This document shows, piece by piece, positions 12,178 to 26,732 of a stretch of 64,000 bases of DNA. Numbering within the stretch: position 1 is the stretch's first letter; each line of letters begins with the position of its first letter. The translations under genes were made by a program, and so were the position numbers. This DNA is from Balanoglossus misakiensis. Taxonomy: Eukaryota > Animalia > Hemichordata. The DNA is taken from the NCBI GenBank assembly GCA_040954595.2, contig CM082581.2, forward strand, positions 11,096,286 to 11,160,285. The letters are read 5' to 3'. Under the pieces are notes generated by a model. That model saw nothing but the letters and a program-made list of their open reading frames with translations, was not told where the DNA came from and searched no databases.

Positions 12178-15100
12178 AACAGTCCTTTCTTTACCTTCGA
12201 CCTATCATATAGTTCAGGAATCCTGGATCAGACTTATCTTGCAAGAGCCATTTCAATTTTGTCCCCTGCTCTTTCAGTTCTGAGGACATTTGAAAATGTT
12301 TTGTGGAAACTCACATAAATTATTCATAAGTGGGTTTAACAGTAGAGAAGATTATGTGTCTGTACATTGGCTCCATGATGAGCTGTTGGAATTGTAATTT
12401 CAGTTGCGATGAAATTTGAAAGTAGAGAGCTGAATAGTTTGATTGAAAAACAGTCTGACCAATGGGTACATCATAGAGAAAAATATGTGTAGATGTATTT
12501 CACTCTTTGCAGTGAAGGGAAAATGGGTAACTTGTATAAAATAAAAGTCATCTTATATCAACATGAGGCTTTGAAAATACTCTTATTCAATTCTGACTAT
12601 AGGGGGCGCTGTTCTTACAAGTGGATATTTCTGTGGAAACTTACTTGATTGAGTGATCGTCGAATTTAGGAGATAACTAACTTATCCAATGATGGTAGTG
12701 GAATAAAGCAAAAGAAATGGAACTTTCTGTGAGGTTTAAAATGTCTTTTTGGAGAATGCGTCACAAATAGCCCAATGACAAAAGTTTATGGTTATCCCTG
12801 ATTAAAGAACACACTGCCAGTCATCCAAAAGTCTGTTATTTTCAACTGAACCAGAAGAATATGCTGAATCACATACAATATGCATGACACACATGTTGCT
12901 GCAGCAAAGTAAGTTTTGAACGGACATTCACTATGGTCAGTAAAACTGATGAGGAAGGACAGACAGTCCTGACTCCCAAGCTGCAAGACTTTGTGTTGAA
13001 CGGACGAGCGCCTCCAACAATTACTTTTAGCAGGTACAAGTTGAACGTAGTTTTGTATGGAATAGACGAGCGCCCCCTGTAATTACAATACTTAGTGTAT
13101 TTGTTTTTGCTGTCTGTTATCGTCGATATTAAACTTTCCATCCCTGACAAGTGGAATTTAGTTTCAAGTTTAAGTTCCGGAACCTTGCTTTTGGAATGTT
13201 TGGCATGTTATATGAAATAGTCGTCGCAGGGCCCCGGCCTAGGGCCACTTTCAGCTGGAAAATGAGTTTCTTTCCAGAAGTGGTAATTTGTCTTAACCGA
13301 TTGCTACTTTTGTGCTAATGTGTTGCAACTTATGGTTTCAGTAGCGAAAGTACAAAGAATGGGTAAATTCGCTACAACACACTAATTGTGGGAAATTCGA
13401 TTTACGATGGATTACAGCTGCGGAATATACACGTGTTGGTCAGGAGAAGTTTCCCAACAATTCTGAAAGCTGGCACTAAGGGACCAGCCGCAGACTGACT
13501 ACCCACTCGGGAACAGAGTAAATCAGGATATAATGTGGTTGTTGCTCTGTGCCTGTCTAAAGTTTTTTTTTATATAAAAAAAGGTCATTTAAAAGTAAAA
13601 AGTTACAGGTAGATCAAGCACTTCGTTTTTAGGAAGCACAATGCAGATTCTCCAAAGTTATGAAAAGTTGACTACGTTTGCTATGATATTACATGATGAA
13701 TAGTAAAATTAGGTGTACTGGTACAGGAGTTAAAAATTATTCAAAATATTTCTGTTACCTAAACAACAGTTGTACAATATGGTGAATGGTTGTGTCACCT
13801 GTTTGATGGTGCATTAGCCGTCCCCAGCCCTGGAAATAATCAGGAATTAATCCAGTTTATTGAAGGTTGAGGACTGCCTATGGCGAGTGATAAAATTACC
13901 AGGTGCCTGAAGTAGTTGATGATTCATGAAATCTCTGATAAAAGCAACTGGGGAGAATTCTGAATTGTTCAGTCTTGATGGAGTAATGGAGTAGAAGCAG
14001 TAGTGTGTGTTCAAGGCTCCTTTCAACTCCATTATTGGGAATTGGCTTGTTTTTACTCAGAATAGAAAGTTATATCAAAATAAAAACGTTTCTTTATATA
14101 AATTAAGACTTTTGAGGGCTGACATTATCCCAAATTCCCTAAGTTTTGAACAGAGCAACCGTCCCTCTTATCTACACCCCCAGCTTTAACAATGGTTTGC
14201 CCCACTAATACTCTCAGTAGAGTGACTCACAGATTTGCTGCACCTTGCTGTCTGTCTGACATCATTGTATCCCAGCATGACATCACATGGCACTAAAAAA
14301 CAGTCTTTTTCACTGCTTTCTATGTTTTATCATTGCTGCAGCAATGGGCGGAAAAAATGACTAGCTTACTAAAAAAACATGCTGAGTGGTGAATTCAGAA
14401 ATGATCAGATGTGCATCATCAAATCAATTGCATTTTCTGACATTTAAAGTGCACATATCACAATCAGTTATTTTGACAGCAATGTGTATATTCCCACTTT
14501 AAAAACCTTTGCTTGTATATGTATCATATGTAATCTATACATCTAAAATATCACAGACAATAATACCCAAACAAACTGACTGATACAAAACGCATCATAA
14601 AATATGCATTAGTTACAATGTAGAAGACAGCAAAAGGCTGACGTATCTTCTGAACAGATGAAACGGTTGTCTTAGATTTAGAATCAACTGTTGACTGATT
14701 TACAAATTAAGCAATATATGCAAACAGTCTGGTTGATTTTTGTACAATGGAGAATAACACAGATTGCAACAGACCTTGACATACATTTGTTGTTTCCATG
14801 GTAACTACTGGTGAATAACGCTCCCATAAAAAGTGTATTGACATGGTTGGGAAACACTGACACAGCAGACATTGACACACTTTTGTTGTTAGAAATGATC
14901 ATCATGTGATGTGGGTCCGAGATCACATGTCAAGAAGACTTTTTTATAATCAGTGTGTATAATCATCATCAGATGTAACTTACATCATGGTTGTTTGTGT
15001 CGTTTATCTCAAAACTTTGTTTGGTTCAATGTTATTTGCTTCACATGCATCTTTTGCAACAAAATCCCCTCCTCTCCCCCAACAAGACCAACACACACTA

Positions 15101-18100
15101 CACAAAGCAACTTTACACTGGTGATTATGAGAATTTCCTACCAATAAGTTTCTGTTTGACTTCTCTCATAAGTTTGATACTTTTCCTTCTCAGTTAGTTG
15201 CCCTGCACTTCATACACGTTTTACTGCCTGGCTTATTTGGATTAACACATCTCCCATACAGTCTAGTATCTAGGACTAATACACTACCCCAAACAGTGCA
15301 TTGCAGAAGTGAGACTATACATGCAGGTGTAATTGGTACATTCAACTCACACATGAATGACGTCATTTCTTGAACCTTTACATTGGTGCATTAAGCACCA
15401 TATATGGCAGCAAAACTTGCTGATGAAATTAGGCAATTGACTTGGCCATATCATGCTAAAAATAGATGCCTAGTGTCATCACTTTGGTACTGGTGAAACA
15501 CTTTGATGATACAACAGTTATAATGTCTCAGATTGACATGTTGACATTTGAATACAATGTCTGCTGAATTCAGTGAGACTTTAGAGATGATGTCATCAAA
15601 ACTGTACCAGTTAGTGGCCCAGTTTCTGATATTGCAGCAATGGAGAACCCCCAGCAGATGTAAACAGACCCAACCTCCTCTCAGATTCCAAACACAATCT
15701 AAACTTAATCAGTGATACCATTGGGTGTTAGCTCCCAGGTAATTTAAGATAAATTGTATCCTGTTTTGTTTGGGTGTCTTGTTGTTCAAATGATGTGATT
15801 CCCCTGCCCAGGTATCTGGGCGGGAAAACACTGACCAATCAGCCCTCTGCATAACATTGCAGCAATCAGACCCTAGTCACATGCCCCCATGTCAGCTGCA
15901 CTCCTTCTATTTGTTCTGTGGTTCTGCAATAGGTGTGTGCTGACCCCTGTCAGCAGTAAAGATTACCGAATATAATGACTTCCTCTTTTTCTATTCATAT
16001 GTTGATTTCTCCTCTCTTGTTTGCTGTGGCTCTTGTTTGGCCCACATCATTGAGTCTGACAGCAAACATCCGGTGCTGTGTTTGGAATGTCCTTAGAGTG
16101 ATTGGGCTAGTGTGTTGTCATAAGCACCCGGGCGGACAAGCTCTGTCACCACAGTTTCAGTCCGAGTGCCCTTTTCTAAGAGAGATATCCCTGAGAGTGT
16201 GTGTGTGTGTGTCAAGCACCAAAGCACTGCCTAAAATTAGAGCAGATAAGCAGTTTACATGGCAAGGTACAGTGAAGTGATGAAAATATGTGGCCAGCAT
16301 CCTGGGTCCCGGTCTCCTAGATTTCAACGTGGCAGATTTCTAAAAATATCATTTATGATGCAACTCCACAACTTTTTTCAGGCCTTTTCCTGATGAATAC
16401 TCTAATGTCCATAATTTGTTGTGGTATTTCATGGCAGTTTGGCTCCAAAAGTTTGGAAGGTTGGTATCTGTTGACTATTGGGTTTAAGCTGACAGAGATT
16501 GTGCAAATGGCATGATAGCTGGCTGAGATCTACATGATAGGTGATCTTTTGAAGACAGTTTGTGGCAAACAGCATGCAGTTACAACTGAGAATGATGGAG
16601 AATTATTCATTTTCTGTATATGTGTTACAAGCTACCATTCAGTTATGTTTGCATTTACAAGATTTGTTCAAAGTTTACTCTGACAATAGTTGCATGTATA
16701 CTCAGGAAAAGAAAGGAGTGATGTAATTACATCATGATCATGAAGTGGCCAAGTTCAAAGTAAATACCTGTCAGGCTATTTGATATTTGTCTGATTTTGG
16801 TTGTGGTGTTCAACGCAGGTGTGGCAGACTCAAAAACCTGTAATCAGGAATGATTTTGTTTTTGTCACATTTCATTCAGAACAAATCAAAGCAGAGTTTC
16901 TTTCTGTAATGGTATAAATATAACAGCTAAGTTCTACAGTCAAATCCCAGCTTCGAATACTTTGCCTGAATCAGGTTTCCATGACGACGTCAGAAATAGA
17001 CGTGGCAGAGCAATTTGTATCATGAAATGTCAAATGATCAAATCACCTGAGGTGAAGGGTAAACAGCAAATTTTAATCTTTTTTTTTTTAAATTACCACT
17101 TCTAATTCTCTAATAAATTGACATTTTGCAGTGGACATGGAAACTTTTATAGCAGAAATGTATATTTAACTTGTCCAAACATATACGTGGACCGGAACAT
17201 AGAAATCATCAATATTTGAGCAGCTATACACTTCAAATGGCTGAAAAATTCTGAGGGAGTGGCCAACTTATTTCATCAGCTTTAAAAAGTTTAGAGTCAA
17301 CTGGTAGAAATTGGGGTACTGGCCGATTATCAAATCATACTTATTTACACTTGACTCAATTTAACATCAATGCTACTTATTATACTATGGTAACTCATGA
17401 TCACACTAGGTGAACTAGAAACCATCCAGGGCATCTGGGACACTGCCACACAAATAATTCCTGGTAAAAGTAGGTTCAATGACACCCCATTCATGTCAAT
17501 TGATGTGACCCTGAAGTCTGCTGCATGCACAAAGTGGCACATGCAGCATTCCAGACAGAACAAGTCATTGGTACAGCCCTGCCTAATCCTCTTTATTGTT
17601 GCACCTTTCAAATTGGCACCCCAGAAAAACATCCACACCACTAGTTGCAGGGTACCCGGCACTAAAGAGTCAGTTGATAAGGTAACGGAAGTATCGCTGA
17701 CCTTTGGGGTCATCCGTCTTCAGAAATTTAGCGGGGCACACTGCCGACAAGTCCTCTGTGATTTAAACCACCCTTTCTACTGACTTCCCTTTTGTTCGGG
17801 TTTTTGTCTTGCTGTTTTTGTCATGGTTGACTGAACCCATTTTGAGCGCGATTTCTCTGAATGGTACACATGAAGAAAGATCATCATTTTCACCCCAGTA
17901 TGTATATATTGTATTTGTATGTTGACACGTTTTCCAAAGCAAAAATGCATGAAAAGTTGTGTTTACAAGCTATAATGGTCACATGTACTTGCAGCCAGGC
18001 AGAATACTAATATTGTTGTATTCATATCACAATAAACAATTTCAATACATGATCACTTTCTAAACCCCTTCAAAATCATAACAGCTAGTGCCATGGTCAA

Positions 18101-21100
18101 ACTTTAATAATACTACAGAATGCTTGGATAAAAAGTTTTGAGTGATGATGATTTCTATTGAAATGACCAATCAGACAACTAGTCAAAAACCTCAGCAATT
18201 TCTGTGGAACGTGACATATTTTTGAGCAAATTACTCTACATTGCCCACGAATTTGCATCAAACAAAATTGTCATTTTATGCACGATTCTCTCCTCACACA
18301 AGGAGACCATGATTTGCATATCAATACTCGGCCACTTAAAGAATCATGTTTGATAATCAAAACAAACTTTCAGAAACTAAAACTTCCAAAGCGTGACCTC
18401 CTTTTGATTTGCACTGGAGCCATTCAGAGAATCCTCAATGTTTGACCCCAATCAAATAGTCTTCACCTCCAGAGATCAAGATAGTTGATAAAGTATTACA
18501 TTTGCTTTGTAGTGAGTTTTCTTACCCTGCCTTTGCTGACTCTTGAAATGCAAAGTTTTGTTGCATTTGTTCAGAGTTTTGTTGACTGGAAGTTAAGTGT
18601 ATCACTTTGTTTTCACAGGATAGAGCACCTTGTGGTGACAGAGTACTTGCAGCCAAAACTCACCATACAAAATAAACTGCAAACACACACAGCTACTTTC
18701 TTTCTAAGTCTATCATTATAATTAATTGGCAAGTTTACTAAGTGACCTAAATTGCTTAATTAAGGGTAATGGTTTAATAGATTATCCAATTAACAGTATA
18801 GCCATAATAACTTGTGTTTGGCAGCAGTTTGTACTTCACAATTAATCTATAAAATAGAAGATTTCATAATATGATGACTAATGTAATCACTGCAATTGTT
18901 AATTACATCAGCTAATGAGTAATAGAAAATTAGTTTAACAATAAGAAAAGAGATAATGTTATCTTTGTTACTGTAACTAGTTTCATTGTTGAAATAATTG
19001 AAGAGTGGTCTTGAAACTTTCCTCCATCCTCTCTCCTCCCTCCCGTTTTTATCACATGAACAGGGAGGGGACATGCTACCCCTATCAATTTCACTGGTAA
19101 TCTATGGTTTAGTGTCTTTATCCTTGTAATGCCATGGTATATCTACCCTATAATTTCTTCTTTTATCTTGGTAAACCTGGGGGAGGTGGGTGGGGGAAAG
19201 GGGCAATCACCATAGGGCCACTCAATTGAAAAGATACTTAGTATGCCACACAACAGAGGTGCAGATAAGCTCAAAGGTATTCCGCAAAACAAGAAAACGT
19301 AAGACATGGTAGAAGTGATGACTGAGATAGTGAATAGAAATGAACATGTTTGGGATGGTGTAGATGCGCTGACTGCAAAGACAACTTTAGTTAATATAAA
19401 GGTCATGAAATAAAGATACATGTAATATCACCTTGAGTCAATTTTTTTTACCCATGATGCAATTATTATAATCAATTGAACCATCAATGAACTGCCTTTA
19501 TCAACTCAAAATACTTTTGGAGTGCCAAATTAAGGAATGATAATAAACTTTATAGTCTGCTGTTTATAACATGAAATCTCCCCCTTAGCCTAAGAAAAAT
19601 TTTGCAGAACACAATAGATTGTGCTTGAAGTTTGTTTGGATTTTTAGGAATTCCTAACGGGTTGTCGATACACCCAAAACATTTGCTTTGTCAGTCTGTC
19701 ATTTGAGAATCTGTAGTCATGGCAACTGGTAGGTCTGATCAATCACCACCTTAAGTCATGTAATATGTTCTTGATTCCACCAGACTGTTTTATTGTATTT
19801 TCAGCTGATGCATACCAGCGTTTCTGTGAGTTATATTGAATCTACCTCAGATTGTGTCTAATAATAACTTTGATAATGCTGGCTTAATTTCAGCAGGTTA
19901 CAGGCAGGCATTGAATACCAGAGTTTTTGCCCATCTTGATCCCCAAGCTGTTTATATGACATATGTCTTTATTGACCATGTCTGATAATGTCTGTTGATA
20001 ATAAAGATAAGCGCCATTTTTCATTGGTGGCAGTCCACCTGCTGAAGAATGATAACACTCCGAGTGCTGGAAATATCACTAACCAATTATTTTGCAGTAA
20101 AATTATAATGAGGTCAATATGTTTGACCAGTGTGAACCCACAAAAGGCTGGTCATCTCCAACAATGAAGCATCTGAAATAATTCACTCGTTTCACCAAAC
20201 CTTACAGAGTGCCTTATCTCAGGCAATTCATGCACCAAGACATATCAGTTTTGATTGGCTGTATCAGGCTGTATCAATTATTTAACTGTACATCTGATAT
20301 TGCATATGTTGTCCCATCAATGCAACATCCTACACATATATATTCAAAGCTTCAAAATGGAGTTAAGAGCAAGTTATTGGCTAATACCCATGAAAACAAA
20401 ATAGGATGCAAAATTATAGTAAAGAATTAAAGATAATTTTTATATTATAAAAGATCAATTTGACAATGAATATATATAATTTTTTCAAGTGACAACTTTA
20501 GCAATATAATAATGATGTTCATCACAGCTTATTCAGTTAATGTTTACACTTTGCGTTGATACTGAGAGCAATCAATGAAATCTTAAAGTTTGATTTGGTG
20601 GCTGGAGGATGCAGAGAACAAAACAGGATGCAGGTTCATGAGGTTGCCTAGCAATATGAATGAATCATAACAAAGTAAGTGTAGTGTGGGGTCTCAAAAA
20701 AAAATCGAGAGATGCCCAAAGGGACTAATCAGAGACACTATATAAAGCAGGTAACAGGAAAAGCAGAAGTAATTGGTGAGCTCTTGTAAAGTGTATCATT
20801 GTAAATTGTGAATGAATGATGGGACACAACCTTGGATTGTCAAATACTGCTGCCTCATATAGCAACACTGGCACTTCATTAGTAGCATATTTGAGGGTCT
20901 CTGCTAACTGGGATTATGAAACACCACCCTTTGTCACCTTGGATAAAAAATACTCCCTTACATCTTTGTATTATGGTGTCCTGTATATGGTTCACAAAGA
21001 GTACTTTTTCAGAATTTTTACTTCTTGAACAGAATCATCAAATATAGTTTTATTTTCACCATTAAATCGCCAAAATAATAGGGTTGGCATTCAGTCTCCA

Positions 21101-24100
21101 ACAATGTCAAGTTAAAATTTAACAGTAATATCATAAATTCCACCTGCCCATGCGAAATATAGGCACAGTTACTCATTAACCCAGTTCATGGTTGTATTTC
21201 TATGCAGTGCTGGGATTTCACAGCAAAGACTGGTCCAAAAACGACAAAGCTGACTGCTGGCTTGTTTGTTCAAAGCAAATCCTAGACATGGGATGAAGAT
21301 CATGGAGCTAGTTATTGCTATACACAGAGCAAAATCCAATGATTGAGGATATGACAGTTGGTCACTCGGTCACAGCATGGTGTCATATCTCATGATTGCT
21401 AAGCATTGCCCGGTCAGAGTAATGGGTTCTGGTGATGGATTTGATCACGTCATTCAGTATTTGCTCACACAAACCTCCTGTATGTTGCTGAGTTTCCAGT
21501 TGACACACACATATCTTTATAACTGTGTGACCTTTTTTTAGCTGACAAGCACATTATAGGGGACTTCAATCAATTAACTGATACATGAAACATTGATCTT
21601 TTTTTTTTGGTGATGAACCCTCTCTTCCCCTCAAAATGAAAAATGATATAATTATCATAATTATCATGTGTATCTTTTCCTCTTTTAGCTGCCTGAATTT
21701 CCACCGAGTAAAGATCACCGTAAGGCCCCTCATGGCAATATCTCATCTCTATTGGAATTTGGACATAGTGTTTGATTTTGTGTTTACTTACTCAGCAGCT
21801 GAACAAATCTGAAGCAGTGACTATAATATCTGTCGTTTTCATGGCAACTATCTATGGTTACACAGACTTCCTCCTTCAAGTCTAAATCCAACAGGTGGCT
21901 AAAAACAAAAGAGCATCTGCCATTCCCCGTCTAACTGGCCAGGCTAATCTTGTACTACTGGTTTACAATTTTGCATTGACAGTTAATGACAAATAAATGT
22001 TGTATTTCTATTGGTTTGTTGCTAGTTGGTAATCAATCAATACAATTGAAATCTATGTTTACTTTGTACGTTGACATAAGTGATGCTAGATCTAGCAATG
22101 TCAAGGCAATGATAGCTTTATTACTGCACCAAAATGTGTTTTTAATTGCTGAAAAATAAAATTATTGATAAGATTTGATATCTCAGATGTTGGGGCTAAG
22201 CTTTCATCCCCACTTCCAAGTAAGTTGAGTCAACCACACCATTGAAAACAATAGGGTCGATCCAAATGTAGTTGTGGAGATGGTGGTTTGCTTCTGCCCA
22301 AGTTCTATTTTTGTCAGTTTCACTTCCATTCATTGTGAATGAATGGTGGGGTGCCAGTACGTGACATTTTTTGCTGTTATCAGATGTTATCAGATGTCAT
22401 AGAAATTGACCAGGAAATCCTTTACAACATTTGGGACCTTTCAATGGTTGACTGACATCCAAATTTGGCCAACTGAGATGACATCACGTGACCTCAATGA
22501 CACTGACAACATGGTCTTGAGACAGTTACCAGGTAGCTCTGCAATTTGCTTGACACTTGTTTGTTTCTGAAGCGACTGTCACAAATCTTTCGCGGGCAAA
22601 GTTTGTTGCGAGTCTTACAAAGTTTGACTTCATATGAACAGCTATATTGTATGATTCAACGGAAATGGAAAATTCATGATATAAGTACAACCAAGTAAAT
22701 GTCCAAACAAGTGTTTGGATCTGAAAGAGGTTTCAGCGAGCCGGTCTTTAAGATCTGACAAAGCTTGAGCACAGCAGTTCACAAATCAGAGTTTTATCAT
22801 TTTATGGCACTTGCGACTGACAAGCAAGTTTGACCCTTGTTTTCGGTGGTCCGCTATTAAGGAATGGCACGGGAAATTTGGACAGCTCCGGTGGTGGTGC
22901 TTTCGGCTGTCATCCGACCCACCATGTAATTTGATCAACAATCAATCATTCATCATCCAAACCTTTAGTTGGAACTCTGTGTTAATAATAACAGTGCCGC
23001 TGTGTGAGTTGCACAGTGCACTCTGACAGGTTGCCATGAACCAAAACCAGATTCCACTCCAGTCATTCACCTACACACAGATCCACACGTACACTTCTAT
23101 CAAGGTGTTTCCTATCTGGCCACACTTAACCAAGGTAATATACACTGATACCCTGATTAATGCCTAGATAAAAAGCACATACAACATCGGGCTTTGCAAC
23201 TGTCCAACCCATATGTGCGTACAGCTTATAGTAGTTTATAACCAAAAATTAAGCAGAAACATTTTACATTATCCAGGTCAATTGGTATAAAGGTGAGTCA
23301 TATGTCAAATATGTGGGGGGAAAAATGAGTGACATCATCATATGGCTCCTGACCTGACTACTGCATATGTAATGAAACGTTTTGCAGAATTTATATATAT
23401 TTAGACAAATTTTAGATGTTACCAGTATTGTCTAAGTCAACCAGTTCTTATAGCTAATGGTCAATATTCTTATTTCCTTGGAAAGTGGAACTTTTTCATC
23501 ACATGACAGGCACTGAGTGACCTTAAGATATTATAATTCCATCTGCCTCAATTGTTTATTTGTTTATACCAATATTGTCATGTGCAGTGTAAACATGTAA
23601 TCTGTACAAGGTTGTCAGAGGTGAGGAGGCTAAAATGATAATATGCAAATCACCTTCCAGAAATTGCACAGAACATTCAGGGCAGGTTTCACAAGCATGA
23701 CGTCATTTGTTATATGCCTGATGGAAATTGCAATACTGATATGCAAATCGAGTGAACATTTGTGTTGAAGCTAACTTTCCCAATATGTTGTGAGTCCAAA
23801 TATGTTTAATAGCGTAATTGTAATGAACAACTCCCTCACATCACTGGAAATTGGGACGTGGACTTGACGTTGCCTTACACTATATATATCTCGATGTTAC
23901 GCAAGACACTGCGCTCTTTGAGTTGTCAGGAGACCTTTGCAACGAGATACCCATTTGGTGACGTCATGGGATATCGTGAAGGGCATAAAAATACTTGATT
24001 GTCTGTTTCGCATCTTCTATTAAAAATCAACACAAAATCGGTGTGTAAAAACAGTGACATCATGACCTTAGGCCACAGACAGACGCCTGACATGATCACC

Positions 24101-25349
24101 CCCAGACCCCTAGTTAGCCACCTGTCTTTTTTATTGTCCCGTTTTGATTGACACGTGGCTGCTCCGACCCTCTTTTCTGGTTGACCACTCAAGAGTAAGG
24201 AACAAAGACTTGCCCTATGGCCTACTTCACCCACTCAAAAGAATCTGCAGTCACTTAGTGCGTCCGGACCACTTTTCTATCAGTGTCCAGTCTGTTTACT
24301 TTCTATTTGCGGGTTTGTTGTCGGCTTCTTTCAAGCCGATTGACTTTTTTTCTAAGCCCAAATTTCAGTTTTATTATCAGGTATGGCATTCTTTACAAGC
24401 CATAAAAATCAGATGAAAAACTCTCCACAGATAAAATTGCGACGAATGCCCAATACTGCCCTTGTTCTTCAACACTCAATTCCGCTGTTACACAACACCC
24501 CCCCCCCCTCCCCCTCTCCAGCGACCTTGTTTTCCTCGCCAGGGTGTCATTTTAAGACCGCTTGCTATTTGGGAAACCCAAGACAATTATTGGAAGTAAT
24601 TAAACACTCTTTACTTTACTTTTGCAACAAAGTGATCTAGAAGCATTCCGATTGGCGCGCGTGAATGAGAGCGTTAATAACGGAGATAATGCGCAACGCA
24701 TCCAACATTTGCATATGAAAAGGCCACGCGAATGGCTGCATGCTTCATTTGCTTGTCAATGGGGGTGGCCACTCGCTCAACATAGACGCACATTGCTCGC
24801 CTTCTCAACAACTCAGAACCCATGTACGTTTTGTAGCTTCAGAAATGTCTTCGTCAAAATGCTTTCCACGTACATCTTCAAGAACTGACAAGAAATGTAT
24901 CTCCCGAGCTGGGAAGATGTTCTCCGTGTCCTTCGGCAGGTGACATGTGTTTTCATTTTACGCGGAACTATTCAGCCACGGAGTGAATGGGAGAACAAAA
25001 GAAATCACAACCCTTGCCATCTGCGGTTTTTCGCCTTTCACTTTTCAGGTCTTGCGAGTTCTATTCAGAATGTAAATAGGTATTTCCGTCGTCGTGTTGT
25101 TCTTTGTCACGCCCCGGTGGCGACGATGCAAACCCCCAAACTACACTAATGCCGGTGGGTGACCAACTTTTATATCGGAACGGGGAGGAGGGGGGTACGG
25201 TTGGCTACAAAAAGCTAAGTTACTGCAGAAACGGACATAATCGATAACGAGAAGTTACCAGGGATAGAGAGTTGTATGATTTTATACAGAAACAGAACAC
25301 ACACACACACTGTAAAATACGACACAAAAATCACTGAACTTAGTATCAA

Positions 25350-26732
25350 CAACAGTTCATTTGGAACTTTTATTAAATAGCCCAGGAAAGGGCTCATGTC
25401 AAAGATAATTATTAATTTTAATACAATATACGTTTCTCAATATCTGAGAACACAATTTTATAGAACAAAATATTTCAACGACGGCATGCAAAAAACAGCA
25501 GACTAACAAAAACACCGTCTGCTTTAGATAGAACATTTCAAAAGATAAATAAAAACTCTGGCACCAACTCCAGCGACCAAATCTATTTGCACGGTGCTGG
25601 GTATGGGTTTTCAAATTCAAAAAAGCAAGGAAAACAACACACAATTTCTAGCTATTTGGACGTTTCATCAACAACGTCGATATAACTCTTGAAAAGCGTC
25701 CACATGAACCTTAGAAAAATTCTAGCGTCTTTGCGCCATAATACACGATTCTAAAAATCTGTTCTAAAATACAATTTTTTTTTTGTTTCATTTTATTTTT
25801 ATGAAAACAGATTCCGTGAAAAAGTAGTATTGCCATGTATTAAATGTGTAAACATTAAAATAATAACCATTTTCATTGCATCTAACAATTTTCGTCAGGT
25901 ATAAAATGCCATTTTTGAACGGATTCTCAAATTGAATATAAATTACAATGAATAATCACGTCTCCGCCAGTTACACGCACGTGCTCCTTTTCTTTATACA
26001 AACGTAGAAAATGTAATAGAAAACATCAAGAGCACTATTCACATGCCCCCAATACAGACTCGATAGCCTAGGACTAAAATAGAAATTTTTCACCCGGTAA
26101 ATTTTTAGTTTTATAAAATTTCTTATACGAAGACGTCTCGAATAAAATGAAAGGGTCGGGCGCTATACGGGATATCTTTACCCAATGAACGAATTAATGA
26201 ATGAATGAAGCTGCATGTCTGACCTATTTGTTTCATGTTTTTTGTGTGTCACGTCTTATGCCCTCCGCCCGCAGTAGTACCTAAAATCTTATTCACTTTG
26301 TATGTAATATTTGTACAAAACAACCAACAGATATTGGCAAATTTGTGGCAGTATCATGGTGTGGACAGGTAAATATTCTACTAGAAAAGTTAATCCAGCC
26401 CATACGCTGTCAAAAAATAACGTTACATATTAACAAATAATATAATTTCAAACTAAACATACGGATAATAAAAATGCAAATTCAACAAGTATGCGAAACA
26501 TTTGAACATTTCAACAAGTATCAATTCGCAAACGCAAGGTAAATTAAAGTACCTGATTTTTCAACGTGTCGAGGATGATCAACAAAAACTCTGGTCAAAT
26601 ACGAGTTCACATAGAGTTCAAAACACGAGTTCTGAGTAATCGGATGAATTCATGGCACCAATGTATATAACGTTACTCGAACAAGGCAGTCCTTTGTTGT
26701 ACGGATTTCCCAACGAAATGTTGGATAATAGT
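25350..26732 (-). other. Probable nanos 3'UTR, about 1.4 kb and U-rich
   Basis: A-rich on + (U-rich in mRNA) from the stop codon to an AATAAA (TTTATT on + near 25369-25374), followed by GT/T-rich sequence on the minus strand. The 3' end is inferred. Confidence 0.5.

Noticed and set aside
13262-13520. Possible small spliced gene (ATGAGTTTC...GTG/gtaatt then ttacag/CTGCGG...)
   Set aside because: The joined frame stops after about 33 codons with no recognisable similarity, and the splice signals are weak.
17345-17783. Overlapping 122-aa and 128-aa ORFs in the intergenic region
   Set aside because: No domain similarity, coding-like composition or flanking exon chain; lengths are compatible with chance.
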